NCBI GenBank assembly: GCA_964252075.1
Contig: CAXULY010000001.1
Coordinates: 32,001-96,000 of the forward strand
Direction: 5' to 3'
Length of the DNA stretch: 64,000 nucleotides
DNA from: an uncultured Deinococcaceae bacterium
GTDB taxonomy: Bacteria; Deinococcota; Deinococci; Deinococcales; Deinococcaceae
Shown: positions 38,311 through 52,400 of the stretch, piece by piece
How the letters are laid out: each line of letters opens with the position of its first letter
Numbering within the stretch: position 1 is the first letter of the stretch
Program-made: the position numbers and the translations under genes
Notes under the pieces: generated by a model
Databases searched by the model: none
The model's input: the letters and a program-made list of their open reading frames with translations, nothing else
What the model was told of the DNA's origin: nothing

Positions 38311-39501
38311 ATGACCCTGGAACCCCAGCGCCGCGAGGCGGAAGACGAGCAGCGCCCCCCCACGTCGCGGGAGGGGCTCACGCCCGAGCGTGACCCGAAA
38401 CGTGTGAAGCCCGAGGACGGGCAGGGGAGCCCCGCGCCACTCCGCGCGCCGAGCCCGCGCCTGCAGTACGCCTCGCCGGACCTGCAACGCCCGGCGAGTG
38501 CGGAACTGCCGCGGGACCGCCTCACGGCCCTCACGCGCGCCGCGCTGGAGGCGCTGGGCGGCAGCGAGGAGCGCGCGCTGTTGTTCACGCCGGAGGAGGA
38601 CGTCCTGACGCGCCTCGTGAATGACGAGAGCCTGGACCTCACCCCGCGCAGCGACCTCACGCCCCTGATTCCCGAGGAGCAGAGCCGCGGACTGAGCGGT
38701 TCCGGCAAGCAGGAAGGCAAGGCGTTCGAGGAGGACTTCCGGCGGGAAGCGGAACTCAAGCCGGACGACCTGGAGGACATCGCGCGCGAGCGCCGCGAAC
38801 TCGTGCAGCAGTACTACGCGCACCAGGGGCACGCGCTCGTGGACCAGGCGGAACTCACCCAGCTCGTCGGCGCGCCCACAGCGCAGGCAGCCCCCGAGCG
38901 GGAACCGGATGGGGCAGATGGGGCACCCGCTGAACAACCGCATGCCGGCGAGGCCGGACGCGCGGTTAGCGCGGCGGACGTCCTGCGCACCGAGGGCGGG
39001 GAGCGCGCGTTGCAGGCCGTGACGCAGCGCCTCGCAACGGGCTTTCAGCAGTGGCTGCGGCAGGAGGGGCACTGGCACAAGCGCAGCGAGTGGCTCAAGA
39101 AGCACCTCGCGCGCACGTGGGAGTACGCGGCGGACGCCCTGAACCCGCACACGCTGCTGCTCGCGCCCAAAGGGCACAGCCGCTTCGCGAGCTTCGTGCA
39201 GGCGGAATCGCCCGACCCAGAACTGCAGAACGACAAGCTCCCCGAGAAGGACCGCTCCGCCCGGAAGGACGAGGCCCGGGAGCGCACGCGGCGCGCCGCG
39301 AAGAACGGTCAGTTCGAACGGCAGATCAAGGAGGCGCGCCGCGCGGTCATCACCGCCACCACGAAGACCATCATGATGAGCTGGGCGGACGCACGCGACC
39401 CCTCCTGGCACCTCGACGCCACACCCGACGACGCGACCGCTGGCCTGAAGAGCCCCCAGAACCACGCCATCGAGGCGTGGCTGACGGGCGCGAACACCTG
39501 A
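38311..39501 (+). CDS. Hypothetical protein, last gene of the sheath operon
   Basis: GGAGG SD 11 nt after the previous stop; charged, predicted helical; no family recognised. Confidence 0.75.
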   Translation: MTLEPQRREAEDEQRPPTSREGLTPERDPKRVKPEDGQGSPAPLRAPSPRLQYASPDLQRPASAELPRDRLTALTRAALEALGGSEERALLFTPEEDVLTRLVNDESLDLTPRSDLTPLIPEEQSRGLSGSGKQEGKAFEEDFRREAELKPDDLEDIARERRELVQQYYAHQGHALVDQAELTQLVGAPTAQAAPEREPDGADGAPAEQPHAGEAGRAVSAADVLRTEGGERALQAVTQRLATGFQQWLRQEGHWHKRSEWLKKHLARTWEYAADALNPHTLLLAPKGHSRFASFVQAESPDPELQNDKLPEKDRSARKDEARERTRRAAKNGQFERQIKEARRAVITATTKTIMMSWADARDPSWHLDATPDDATAGLKSPQNHAIEAWLTGANT

Positions 39502-39526
39502 ACGCCCGCACACGCGGGTACGAGTC

Positions 39527-39560
39527 GAGGGGGCGCGGCACATCTGTGCCGCGCCCCCTC
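39527..39560. terminator. Hairpin ending the CIS operon, between convergent genes
   Basis: GAGGGGGCGCGGCACA-TC-TGTGCCGCGCCCCCTC. Confidence 0.65.
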
Positions 39561-39569
39561 CGAAGTTGC

Positions 39570-40028
39570 TCAGTGAGCCGAGGCCGGCTCTTCCTTCCCG
39601 CCCGTGCCCTCGATCTGGTTCTTGATGCTCTGCAGCGCCTTCTCCAGACCGTCCTGAATCTGCTGCTCGTTCGGTCCCCCGCCCGCCCCGGAGTGATTGG
39701 CGGACTCCTGCGGGCTCGGCTCGAACGAGAGGTGGACGGTCACGTCCGCCTCCTGCGCCCCAGCGGACTGCACGCGCAGCCAGCCGGAGTACCTGAAGTC
39801 ACCGTCCGAACTCCACTCCATGCGGTTCTCGTCGTCGTTGCGGCGGAAGAAGCCGTCGCTGGCGTACTCGTGCCCTTTCGCCTCGCCCTCCACATGCACC
39901 TTCTCCCCGGACGCCATGTGCGCCTCACGGGTGGTGGGCAGGTACTTGGGCAGGTTCTCCACGTCGGAAACCCACGCGAACACGTCGTCCTGAGAGGCCT
40001 GAATGCGCTGGGTCCGTTCAAAGTCCAT
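39570..40028 (-). CDS. SRPBCC family protein
   Basis: GGAGG SD; IQASQDDVFAWVSDVENLPKYLP...YSGWLRV...LEKALQSIKNQIE. Confidence 0.85.
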   Translation of the reverse strand: MDFERTQRIQASQDDVFAWVSDVENLPKYLPTTREAHMASGEKVHVEGEAKGHEYASDGFFRRNDDENRMEWSSDGDFRYSGWLRVQSAGAQEADVTVHLSFEPSPQESANHSGAGGGPNEQQIQDGLEKALQSIKNQIEGTGGKEEPASAH

Positions 40029-40605
40029 GGGTGCCTCCGGGGGCAGGGCGGGATGCGGGCGTGCGCGAACGAGAGAAGCGTACATCCCACCCGGGACCGC
40101 CCCATGAAGCTTCAACCCAGCGCCCTTCACTGTCCTCCAATGACACCTCGCACTGGTGTCCCTGGATACAGGATGGGGCGGTTGCCCATGTGAGCGCGAC
40201 GGTGCAGCTGAAACTCAACCGTGCGTGTTTAATTGCTGTGCCACGTGCGGGGCGAGTGAACTTAATGGAGCGGCGGGCAGCATCCGAAAGCTCCACGCGG
40301 CTACGCCTGTGTGGTTGGTTCACGAGATGATGCACCATCCTCAAGAGGGCGCGTGGAGCTCCATGTCGTTTGGACGGTCACTCTCTACTATCAGGGTGCA
40401 TAGAGAGCCCTGGTGTACCGAGGGTGAACCGAGCGGCGAGAGTGCAAGGTCCGTCCTTCGCCGCTGTTCGTGCAAATCCCCTCGCGTGCCTTCCGGGCAA
40501 AGTGTGTGCTCTTTGCTTACGGGGAACCCGCAGTATTCCAGCGCAGGTCAAATCGACTCGTTCAGCTTGCGGAACAGATAGCACCTATAGGGGATGAGGT
40601 GCCAT

Positions 40606-41274
40606 TCACCCGCGCACGGCGTACCCCACGCCGCGCACGGTGCGGATCAGACCATATGCCTCGGCGTCACGCAGTTTGTTGCGGAGGTGCGACATGTGCA
40701 CGTCCACCACGTTGCTGCTGCTGGGCAGGTTGCCCTGCCACACCTCGTGATTCAGCATCGCCCGGTCGAACACGCGGCCCGGTTCGCTCATCAGGACGGC
40801 CAGAAGCTCGAATTCCTTCGCGGAGAGGCGCAGCGCCTCATCGCGGTAGTGCGCCTCGCGCTTCTGCCGGTCGAGCGTCAGGTCGCCGCTCACCAGTGGG
40901 CCCTCGCCCGCCTGCTGCCGGAACTGCACCTGAATGCGTGCCAGGAGTTCCTGCGGGTGGAAGGGCTTCAGCATGTAATCGTCCGCGCCCATGCCGAGCA
41001 GTCGCACGGTTTCGTCCGGCGCGTCGCGCGCGGTGAGCACGATGATGGGCACACTGGATGACTTGCGCAGGCGCTGCACCACGTCGCTGCCGTCGAAGTC
41101 CGGGAGGCCCAGGTCGAGCAGGATCAGGTCCGGGAACTGTTCGCGCGCGGCGATCAGGCCGTTCATGCCGGCGTCCGCGTGAATGACGTCGAAACCAGCG
41201 TCGGTCAGGTCGAACCGCAGGACGGCGGCGATGTCCGGGTCGTCCTCGATGATCAGGATGCGGCGCAGGTTCAT
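40606..41274 (-). CDS. OmpR-family response regulator (no kinase partner adjacent)
   Basis: ILIIEDD, LLDLGLP, GADDYMLKPF and winged helix (NVVDVH...IRTVRGVGY). Confidence 0.93.
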   Translation of the reverse strand: MNLRRILIIEDDPDIAAVLRFDLTDAGFDVIHADAGMNGLIAAREQFPDLILLDLGLPDFDGSDVVQRLRKSSSVPIIVLTARDAPDETVRLLGMGADDYMLKPFHPQELLARIQVQFRQQAGEGPLVSGDLTLDRQKREAHYRDEALRLSAKEFELLAVLMSEPGRVFDRAMLNHEVWQGNLPSSSNVVDVHMSHLRNKLRDAEAYGLIRTVRGVGYAVRG

Positions 41275-41439
41275 GGGAAGGGTATAAGGCAGGGGTGGGA
41301 CCGTGCGGCTGAGCTGTACCGCCGCGCGACCTTTTACATGGCGGAAGGTGACTTATGGATCTCGTGAAGGGGTCTGAAGGGAAACAGGATGATTGCAGAG
41401 CGTGGTCAATCGCCTCGCGCCGCGTTCTCGCGGAGTGAA

Positions 41440-41855
41440 CACGCTGCGGTCATGTTCAGCGCGCATCACGACGATGGTGCGGCCATCGCTATTCGTGCAC
41501 TTCAGCTTCACCTGCGCGATGTCTTTTACCCCTGCTCCCACAGCGGGCAGACCAGCTCGGAGCGCCTGATGCTGTCTCGGCGCAGGTTCCCGAGGAGCAG
41601 CCACCCACTCCCCGCAGAACAGCAGGGCGGGTTCACAAGCATCTTGCAGGTAGGGTGGCGTACCCCAATCCGTTCAGGGACCCATTCAAAAACAACCAGC
41701 AGCACGCCGTTAGGGATGGAGCTGTACGTGCCTCTGAGGGTGTCCGCCATCAGCACTACGCGCAGCAGCAGGAACAGCGCGAGGGAGATCAGCGCGCCGC
41801 GCACCAGGAACTCCACAAGCGGCATGGCTGATGTGAACAGCTTCCTCCAGCTCAC
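41440..41855 (-). pseudogene. Degraded DUF421/YetF-like membrane protein gene
   Basis: PLVEFLVRGALISLALFLLLRVV...NLRRDSI...EQG* continues in another frame as VKDIAQVKLKCTNSDGR. Frameshift near 41530; boundaries approximate. Confidence 0.6.
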
Positions 41856-41943
41856 CCCCACGCTGATCTTCCACCGCAATCTGCCCAGCTTGCATCGGAC
41901 GCTGGACGGCCACTTGCTCAGCCGCCCATGAGGTACATCAGGA

Positions 41944-41974
41944 AGGAGGGCCGACCCAGTGGGCCGGCCCTCCT
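41944..41974. terminator. Hairpin downstream of sucD
   Basis: AGGAGGGCCG...CGGCCCTCCT. Confidence 0.5.
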
Positions 41975-41987
41975 CGCGCGGCGCGCC

Positions 41988-44035
<2,048 letters not shown>

Positions 44036-44172
44036 TTGTCCTCCTTGGGGCGCGGTCTTGGGGCCGCTCACCCGGTGGTGTCCGAAAAATCGTCCCGAAC
44101 AAGTATACGCTCACACGTCTAGGTCAGCGGGACTGTCACGCGGCAGGGAACAGGCGCCCGTATGCTGGTGCC

Positions 44173-44946
44173 ATGCGGACGCTGCCCCGAAGCCTCCCCC
44201 TGGCCACCCTGCTCGCCGTCACCTCGGCCCTCGCCGCCGCGCCCGGCGCGAGCCACCCGCTCTCCGCGAAGGAGCGCGCCGAACTGCTGCCTGTGATCTG
44301 CCAGGGCAAGGTGGGCGCTCAGGGCTGTGTTCGCTGCCCACCCGGCACCTCCGATCCCGGTGAGGACGGGCCGCTCACCGCCACCGCCGTCACCTACGGG
44401 CACTACCTGAAGGCGGGGGAGACCGTGGCGCTGGTGGATCTGGAGGGCTGTGAGGCGCACGTCTACAACTTCGGGGACACGGCGCTGCTGCGCTGGGAGG
44501 GCCTCACGCGCTGGACGCTCCTGAAGATCCTGCCCGGTTACCGCACGAACCGCTGCACGAATTATCCGGGCCGGGACGGGCGCGACCGCAGCGTGTGCGA
44601 GGGCTACTACGGCAATATGGGCGTTGAGTTCTCCTGGTTGAGCCTCTACGACTGGAAGCGCCCGGACGACGCCCGGAACCTGCTCAGCGTGGAAAGCAAC
44701 GTCGAGTCCTGCATGGGGAACGAGGTGCACGACATCCGCATCGCGCGCTGGAACCGCCAGGGGTCCAATCTGCTCGCCCAGGTCACGGAGGCGCGTGGTC
44801 GCATCCCCGCAGGCTGGCAGTGCAACGCCCCCCTGAAGCTCTCTAGGCCGCGCACGACCTCGCTCAGCTGGCGCTGGAACGGGGCGTCCTTCGTGCCCAC
44901 CGGAGCCACCAAAACCCTCTTGCCACGCCTCCAGTCGCAGCCCTGA
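44173..44946 (+). CDS. Hypothetical secreted Cys-rich protein
   Basis: TATGCT 6 nt before ATG; signal peptide; several Cys (GCEAH motif). Confidence 0.72.
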   Translation: MRTLPRSLPLATLLAVTSALAAAPGASHPLSAKERAELLPVICQGKVGAQGCVRCPPGTSDPGEDGPLTATAVTYGHYLKAGETVALVDLEGCEAHVYNFGDTALLRWEGLTRWTLLKILPGYRTNRCTNYPGRDGRDRSVCEGYYGNMGVEFSWLSLYDWKRPDDARNLLSVESNVESCMGNEVHDIRIARWNRQGSNLLAQVTEARGRIPAGWQCNAPLKLSRPRTTSLSWRWNGASFVPTGATKTLLPRLQSQP

Positions 44947-45071
44947 AGCGGAAGAGGGCGGATGTTCGTGCCCCCGGGCCGTCGCAGGGCTTAAGCTCAG
45001 CGCGAAGGGGCGAGATCGCTGTCATGAGGCTTCCCGTTCGCTCGTCCACGCCCCGGAAAGGACGCAGGAGG

Positions 45072-45476
45072 ATGAACACACGGGTGCGTTTTGGTGGCCT
45101 GGGGCTGCTGGCCCTGGTGCTGGCGGGGTGTTCCACCTCGCAGGCGGGCGGCGACCCGCCCGCGTCGGCCTTCGTGGGCGAGTGGAGCAATCCCAGCAAG
45201 GACGGCAGCATTTCGCGGCTGGTGGTGGCGCAGGACGCGGCGGGTCTGCACGTTCACGGCTACGGGCAGTGCACGCCCGAGTGCGACTGGGGCGTGGCGG
45301 ACACCAGCGCGGCGGATGCGGCGGACGGCAACATCGTGACCACCTGGCCCTTTTCGGACGGGGACTTCATCACCATCACCCTCCTGCCCACCGACGCCCA
45401 CACCGCGAACGCCCACATGAACGACCACTACAGCGGAGTGGATCACCTCTCGGACCACGAGTTGCAGCGGCCCTGA
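45072..45476 (+). CDS. Hypothetical lipoprotein
   Basis: AGGAGG SD; lipobox LAGC; FVGEW...GQCTPECDWG. Confidence 0.78.
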   Translation: MNTRVRFGGLGLLALVLAGCSTSQAGGDPPASAFVGEWSNPSKDGSISRLVVAQDAAGLHVHGYGQCTPECDWGVADTSAADAADGNIVTTWPFSDGDFITITLLPTDAHTANAHMNDHYSGVDHLSDHELQRP

Positions 45477-45505
45477 CGCACCCGGCGCGGCGGCCTGCAT
45501 GCCGG

Positions 45506-46021
45506 TCAGGTGGTCGCCGCCTCCGCTTCGGTCGGTGTGGACAGCCAGCGCCAGCCCGTCCACAGCGCCCACCCGAAGACCAGAAACCCGGCGACCAGCA
45601 CCGCCCGGCCCAGGCCGACACTGGCGTCCAGGTGGTTGGTCATGACCAGCAGCTGCCACCAGTCGTGCGTGTCCGGGTCGCCCGTGATGAGCGGCAGGGT
45701 GCGCGCCTGCGCGTCGGCCACGTACACGCTGACGTTGCCGAGGTTCTGGGCGCACCACAGCCACCCACAGGCGCTCGCGTAGCGGTCGCCGCGCCACAGC
45801 CCGAAGTACAGCGCGACCAGGGCGGGCAGCAGGACCTGCGTGAGCGAGCCGCCCAGCAGGTACAGGAACTCCCCGAAGGGCGTGAACAGCACGTGCCCCG
45901 CCTCGTGAAACACCAGGTCCGCGAAGTTCAGGAAGGTCCAGTCCTGCGGGCGCAGCAGGGTGTACAGGATGTACGCGGCGGCGGCCATCAGGCCGATCAG
46001 GCGCCACGTGACGGAGGACAT
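45506..46021 (-). CDS. Membrane protein with HExxH motif (M50B-like metallopeptidase)
   Basis: LVFHEAGH, GGSLTQ, YVADA and HDW motifs; several TM segments. Confidence 0.75.
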   Translation of the reverse strand: MSSVTWRLIGLMAAAAYILYTLLRPQDWTFLNFADLVFHEAGHVLFTPFGEFLYLLGGSLTQVLLPALVALYFGLWRGDRYASACGWLWCAQNLGNVSVYVADAQARTLPLITGDPDTHDWWQLLVMTNHLDASVGLGRAVLVAGFLVFGWALWTGWRWLSTPTEAEAATT

Positions 46022-46073
46022 GGGGCAAGTGTATGCGGCGAGGCTGGCCCAGCCTCCCGCATTTCCGCCACCT

Positions 46074-46697
46074 TCAATTGCCCAGCGCGACCGCCTGCCC
46101 CAGCCAGGAATCCGACTCCAGCTGCGACACCATGAAGTGCGCGACGTCGCTGCGCGCGATGCGGGGGGTGCCGGGCACTGTCCAGTGCGGCATGGCGCGG
46201 TAGGGGTGCAGGCCGGGCGCGTTGGTGAGGCCGCCGGGCCGCGCGATCACCCACTCCAGGCCACTGCCCCGCACCACGGCCTCCTGCTGGTTCTTGTCGG
46301 CCATTTCGGCGCGCAGCAGCAGCGGCACCAGCAGCCGCTCGAAGAGCCAGCCCGCCTCGCCCTTCGAGTCGCCCACCCCCAGCGAGGTGAGGCAGACGAG
46401 TCGCCGCCCGCCGTGCGCGTGCAGGCCCTGCACGATGTGCAGGGTGCCGGGCGCGCAGGGCTGCGGCCCCGTGGGTTTCCCGCCCAGCGCCACCAGCGCC
46501 GCCTCCTGGCCCGCGCAGGCCGCAATCACGGCGGGCGCGTCGAACACATCGCCCTGAATGACCCGCAGCCGCTCGTGCTGAACGGGGAGTTTCGCGGGGT
46601 TGCGCAGGTAGGCCGTGACGGTATGGCCCGCCTCCAGCGACTGCCGCACGAGTTCCTGCCCGGTCTTGCCGCTCGCGCCGAACACGATGACGTTCAT
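46074..46697 (-). CDS. NAD(P)-binding oxidoreductase (flavin reductase / atypical SDR)
   Basis: VFGASGKTG, DK..QE, WVIARP and IARSDVA. Confidence 0.9.
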   Translation of the reverse strand: MNVIVFGASGKTGQELVRQSLEAGHTVTAYLRNPAKLPVQHERLRVIQGDVFDAPAVIAACAGQEAALVALGGKPTGPQPCAPGTLHIVQGLHAHGGRRLVCLTSLGVGDSKGEAGWLFERLLVPLLLRAEMADKNQQEAVVRGSGLEWVIARPGGLTNAPGLHPYRAMPHWTVPGTPRIARSDVAHFMVSQLESDSWLGQAVALGN

Positions 46698-46779
46698 ACT
46701 TTATGGTGGGCGTTCGCGCGCGGCGCCGCTGCGCCATTCGCCGCATTTCACTCCGCGCCGGGCACGCTACGCTGGCGAG

Positions 46780-48849
<2,070 letters not shown>

Positions 48850-48901
48850 CCCCCACAGGGCCGCCCGCGCCAATGTGCCCTTTGTCGCTATACTGCTGCG
48901 C

Positions 48902-49351
48902 ATGGAAGACGTACTCAAGGGGCGCCTGGGCGGCCCGGCAGGATTCGAGGTGCGCTGCGCCATTGACGGCGACGCCATTCGAGGGCGCGCGGGCGGACGC
49001 CTGCACGGCAAGGACATCGATCTGGAAATCACCGAGACGGGCGTGGTCGGCACCGTAGGCCAGGAACCCGTCAAGGTGGAGTTGCAGGAGGGCGAGCTGC
49101 GCGGCAACGTGGGCGGCCAGAAGCTCACCCTGCGCGGCGTGGACCGCGTGACGGGCTTCCTCGGTGAGCCCATCGTGGGCTGGAACATCGTGGCGCAGCA
49201 GCAGGGCACCAAGCTGGTCGGTCAGCTGGGCAGCACCGTCCTCGGCCAGAACTTCGAGCTGGACCTGGGCAGCGCGCCCGGTTGGGTGGGCGTGCTGGTG
49301 GCGGTCGTTGCGTTCTACGCCATGGAGCCCCGCGCGTCCGTCGGGCGCTGA
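48902..49351 (+). CDS. Gly-rich beta-repeat hypothetical protein
   Basis: TATACT 7 nt before ATG; repeated xGxxGG units. Confidence 0.75.
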   Translation: MEDVLKGRLGGPAGFEVRCAIDGDAIRGRAGGRLHGKDIDLEITETGVVGTVGQEPVKVELQEGELRGNVGGQKLTLRGVDRVTGFLGEPIVGWNIVAQQQGTKLVGQLGSTVLGQNFELDLGSAPGWVGVLVAVVAFYAMEPRASVGR

Positions 49352-49357
49352 CGCACC

Positions 49358-49397
49358 ACGATTGAGGGCGGCCCCGCACGGGGCCGCCCTCAATCGT
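49358..49397. terminator. Bidirectional terminator hairpin
   Basis: ACGATTGAGGGCGGCCCCG-CA-CGGGGCCGCCCTCAATCGT between convergent genes. Confidence 0.7.
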
Positions 49398-49403
49398 TTA
49401 CCG

Positions 49404-52400
49404 CTAGAACTTCAGGTCGTAGCCCACCCGGAAGGCGTTGCTCGTCGCGCCGTTCTCCACGCCCAGCGTGATGGATGAGCTGGGCGTCACGTTGAACCCG
49501 AAGGTGAAGGACGGGCGCAGCGTGCTGAGGTTCAGGCCGCTGAGCGGCGTGGACACCCGGAAGGTGAAGCGGTTGTCGGGCGTGGTGTACGTGGCGTCCA
49601 GCAGCCCCTGACCCGTGAGGTCAATGGAGTACTCGAAGAACAGCTCGCGCGTGAGGTAGGAACCCACCGTGAACTGCGCCGTGATGTCGCCCGTGCCGTT
49701 CAGGGTGGCGTCCAGCAGGTTCGTGCGGATGCGGAACACGTCCACCCCGAAGGCCTGCGCGAGCCCGCGCTCCACCTGACCGAGCACGAACACGTTCAGG
49801 GCGGTGCGCAGCGCGCTCGTGCCGAGCCCCCCGATGTTGCCCGGCAGGGACCCGATGTCCGGCGTGCCGAGCGCCACGAGCGCGTACAGCTGCGCCTCGG
49901 CGTTCGGGTTGGCGGCGGAGTAATCGTGGCCGTTTGCCTGGCAGTTCGCGGTGCACGCGAAGCGCGTGTCGAGCTTCAAGGCGCGCGTGCCGTCGTCCGC
50001 GAAGGGGAAGCTGCCCGTGATGTTCACGTTCACGCCCACCGGCGCGCCCTGGTTGCCCTGGTCCGGCACGTTTCCGCTCGCCTGCACGCTGAAGGTGGGG
50101 AAGGCGCTCTGCCCGTCGAAGGTCGCGACGCCGCTGCGCACCGTGAATTCGTTCTCGCGCAGGAACACCGTGCCGCGCGTGGTCTGCACGCTGCCCGTGA
50201 GGCGCAGGTCGCTCGCGCGGCCCGCGAGGGTCAGGCCGCCCGCGAGGTCCGCGCGGATGAGGTCCTCGTCAATGCGCGCGCCGTTCGGCAGCGTGATGGG
50301 GATGTTGTCCAGCACGATGCGGGACAGCAGCGGGTTCTCGGGCGGCTTGCCGTTCTTGGTGGGGAAGGTCGTGAGTTCCGGCGGGAGGGGACTCACGAAG
50401 CCCGCGCTGGCGTCCTTCGGCTGGTCGGTCGCGCTGGCCTTGGCGGGCGTGGTGCCGGCGGGCGCGGCGACGCTGCCGAGCACGAGGCGGTCCGCGCGCA
50501 GCGCGCCGCCCAGCACGAAGTCACTGCCGCGCGCGCCGAGCGTGAGGTCGCCCGTGAAGCTCGTCTCGCGCCCGTAAATGACCGGCAGTTGCGGCGCGTA
50601 GGCGCGCGCCGCGATGCGCAGGTCCAGGGCGGGCGTGAGGTTGCCCTCCACGCGCAGGGTGCCGCCCTGCGTGGCGGTGGCGTCCAGCGCCCAGCGGTCC
50701 GCCTGCTGGCTCACCTGCGCGAACAGGGACCCGATGCTGCCCACCTGCCGCAGCGCGAGGTTCCCGCGCAGCTGCGCCACCGTGTTGCTCAGGCGCCCGC
50801 CGCCCAGCTCGCCGCTGAGTGAGAGGGTGGACTGGCTGGCCGCCGCGCCGCTCAACCCGAGGCGGCCCTGCGCGCTGAAGCGCCCGCCGCCCAAGGTGCC
50901 GCTCAGCGCGAGGTTGTCCAGACGGTAGTCGCCGAGGCTCCCGCGGAAGTTCGGGGCGTTCAGGCTGGCCTGCGGCGCGTCGTAGGTGCCGCCCACCGTG
51001 AGGGTCAGGTCGCCGCGCAGGGTGGGCTGCTGGTCACGGATGGACGGCACGAGCGCGAGGAGCGGCGTGAAGTCCGTGCCGCTCAGCGCCGCGCGCACGT
51101 CCACCTTGCGGCGCGTGTACTGTCCCTGAATGTCCCAGGTGCCCGCGCCGGACAGCTGCACGTTCAGGCTGGACAGCTCGCGGTTGCGGTACGCCAGCAC
51201 GCCCTGCCCGCTGAGGGTCTGGCCGCTGCCGCGCACCGTGAGGCGCTCCAGCACGAGGTCTGCGCTGCCGGACAGTGGGTCCGCGAGCGGCACGTCGAAG
51301 CGCGCCACACCGGTCAGCAGCGCGCTGCCGGGCAGCGGGCCCGTGATGGCGCCCACGAGGTTCGACACAGGCAGCGCCGTCAAGGTGAGCCGCCCGGAGA
51401 GCGCGCCGCCCTGCACGCTCCCGAACAGCTGCGAGTCCCCCACGTTCCCGCGGATGCGCCACTGGTCCCCCGCGAGCGTGCCCTCCACGCGCGTCGGGAG
51501 CGGCACGCCGTCCGCGCGCAGGTCCGCGGCGCGCAGCACGAAGCTCGCGCCGCCGTCCGTGACGGTCGCGGAGCCCGTCGCGGTGCCGTTCAGGTACGGC
51601 GCGAGTTTCAGCGCCTGCAGGTCCAGGCCCGACAGCTGCGCGTCCACCTGGTACCCGCTGCCCCCCTGCAGGCCGAGCGCGCGGCCGAGCGGCGCGTACA
51701 CGTCCGCGATGGCGCCGCCCCCGCTGGCCCGCAGGCGGCCCGCGTCGCCCGCCGCGCTCGCCGTCACGGTGAAGTCCTGACCGGTCAGCTCCACGAGGGC
51801 CGTGAGGCGCTCGGTGAGGCCCATGCTGGTGAGCGGGAAGTCGGTGACGTTCACGCGGCCCTGCACGCCGCCGCCCGTGAGCTGCAGGTTCGCGCGGAGG
51901 TCGCCGCCGCCCTGCGCGAGCTGCGCGTCCACGCGGCCCGTCACGCTGCGGCCCGCGCGGTACCCCAAACTGGCGCCCAGCGTGCCGTTGGGGTGCGTGG
52001 CCTGCACCTGCGCGCTCCACGTGCCCGCCACGCCGGTGACGCGCGCGGTCAGGTCGCCGCGCACCGGGAGGTTCACGAGCGGCAGCGTGCCGCCCGTCGT
52101 GAGACCCGCGATGCCCAGCTGCACCTGCCCGCTCTGCCCGTCGAGCGCCACGCGGCCCGTCGCGGTGACGCGCCCCGCGACCTGCACCAGCTTCAGCCGC
52201 GCGAGGTCCAGGCCCGGCAGGTCAACCTGCAGGGCGCCGTCCGCGTACTGGAGCGTGCCGGAGCGCTCGCCGTCGCCGAGCGCGAGCTGCCCGGACTTCA
52301 GGCCGAGGGCGCCGCTGGCCGTCCAGCCGCCCAGGAGGCCGTCCACGCGCGCCTGCGGGGCGGACGTGGTGCCGGAGAGCGCCAGGCGCACGCGGCCCTC

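Larger units (their letters stand above)
16187..39501. other. Contractile injection system (eCIS/Afp-PVC-like, single-sheath Streptomyces-type) gene cluster
   Basis: Sheath, two tubes, cap, PAAR, VgrG, Afp7-like, gp25, baseplate J, wedge, AAA ATPase and DUF4157 protein in two divergent operons. No capsid, terminase, portal or integrase seen. Confidence 0.93.

Noticed and set aside
40130..40600. Short ORFs in the lower-GC spacer
   Set aside because: Atypical composition with no recognisable domain; treated as intergenic or decayed.
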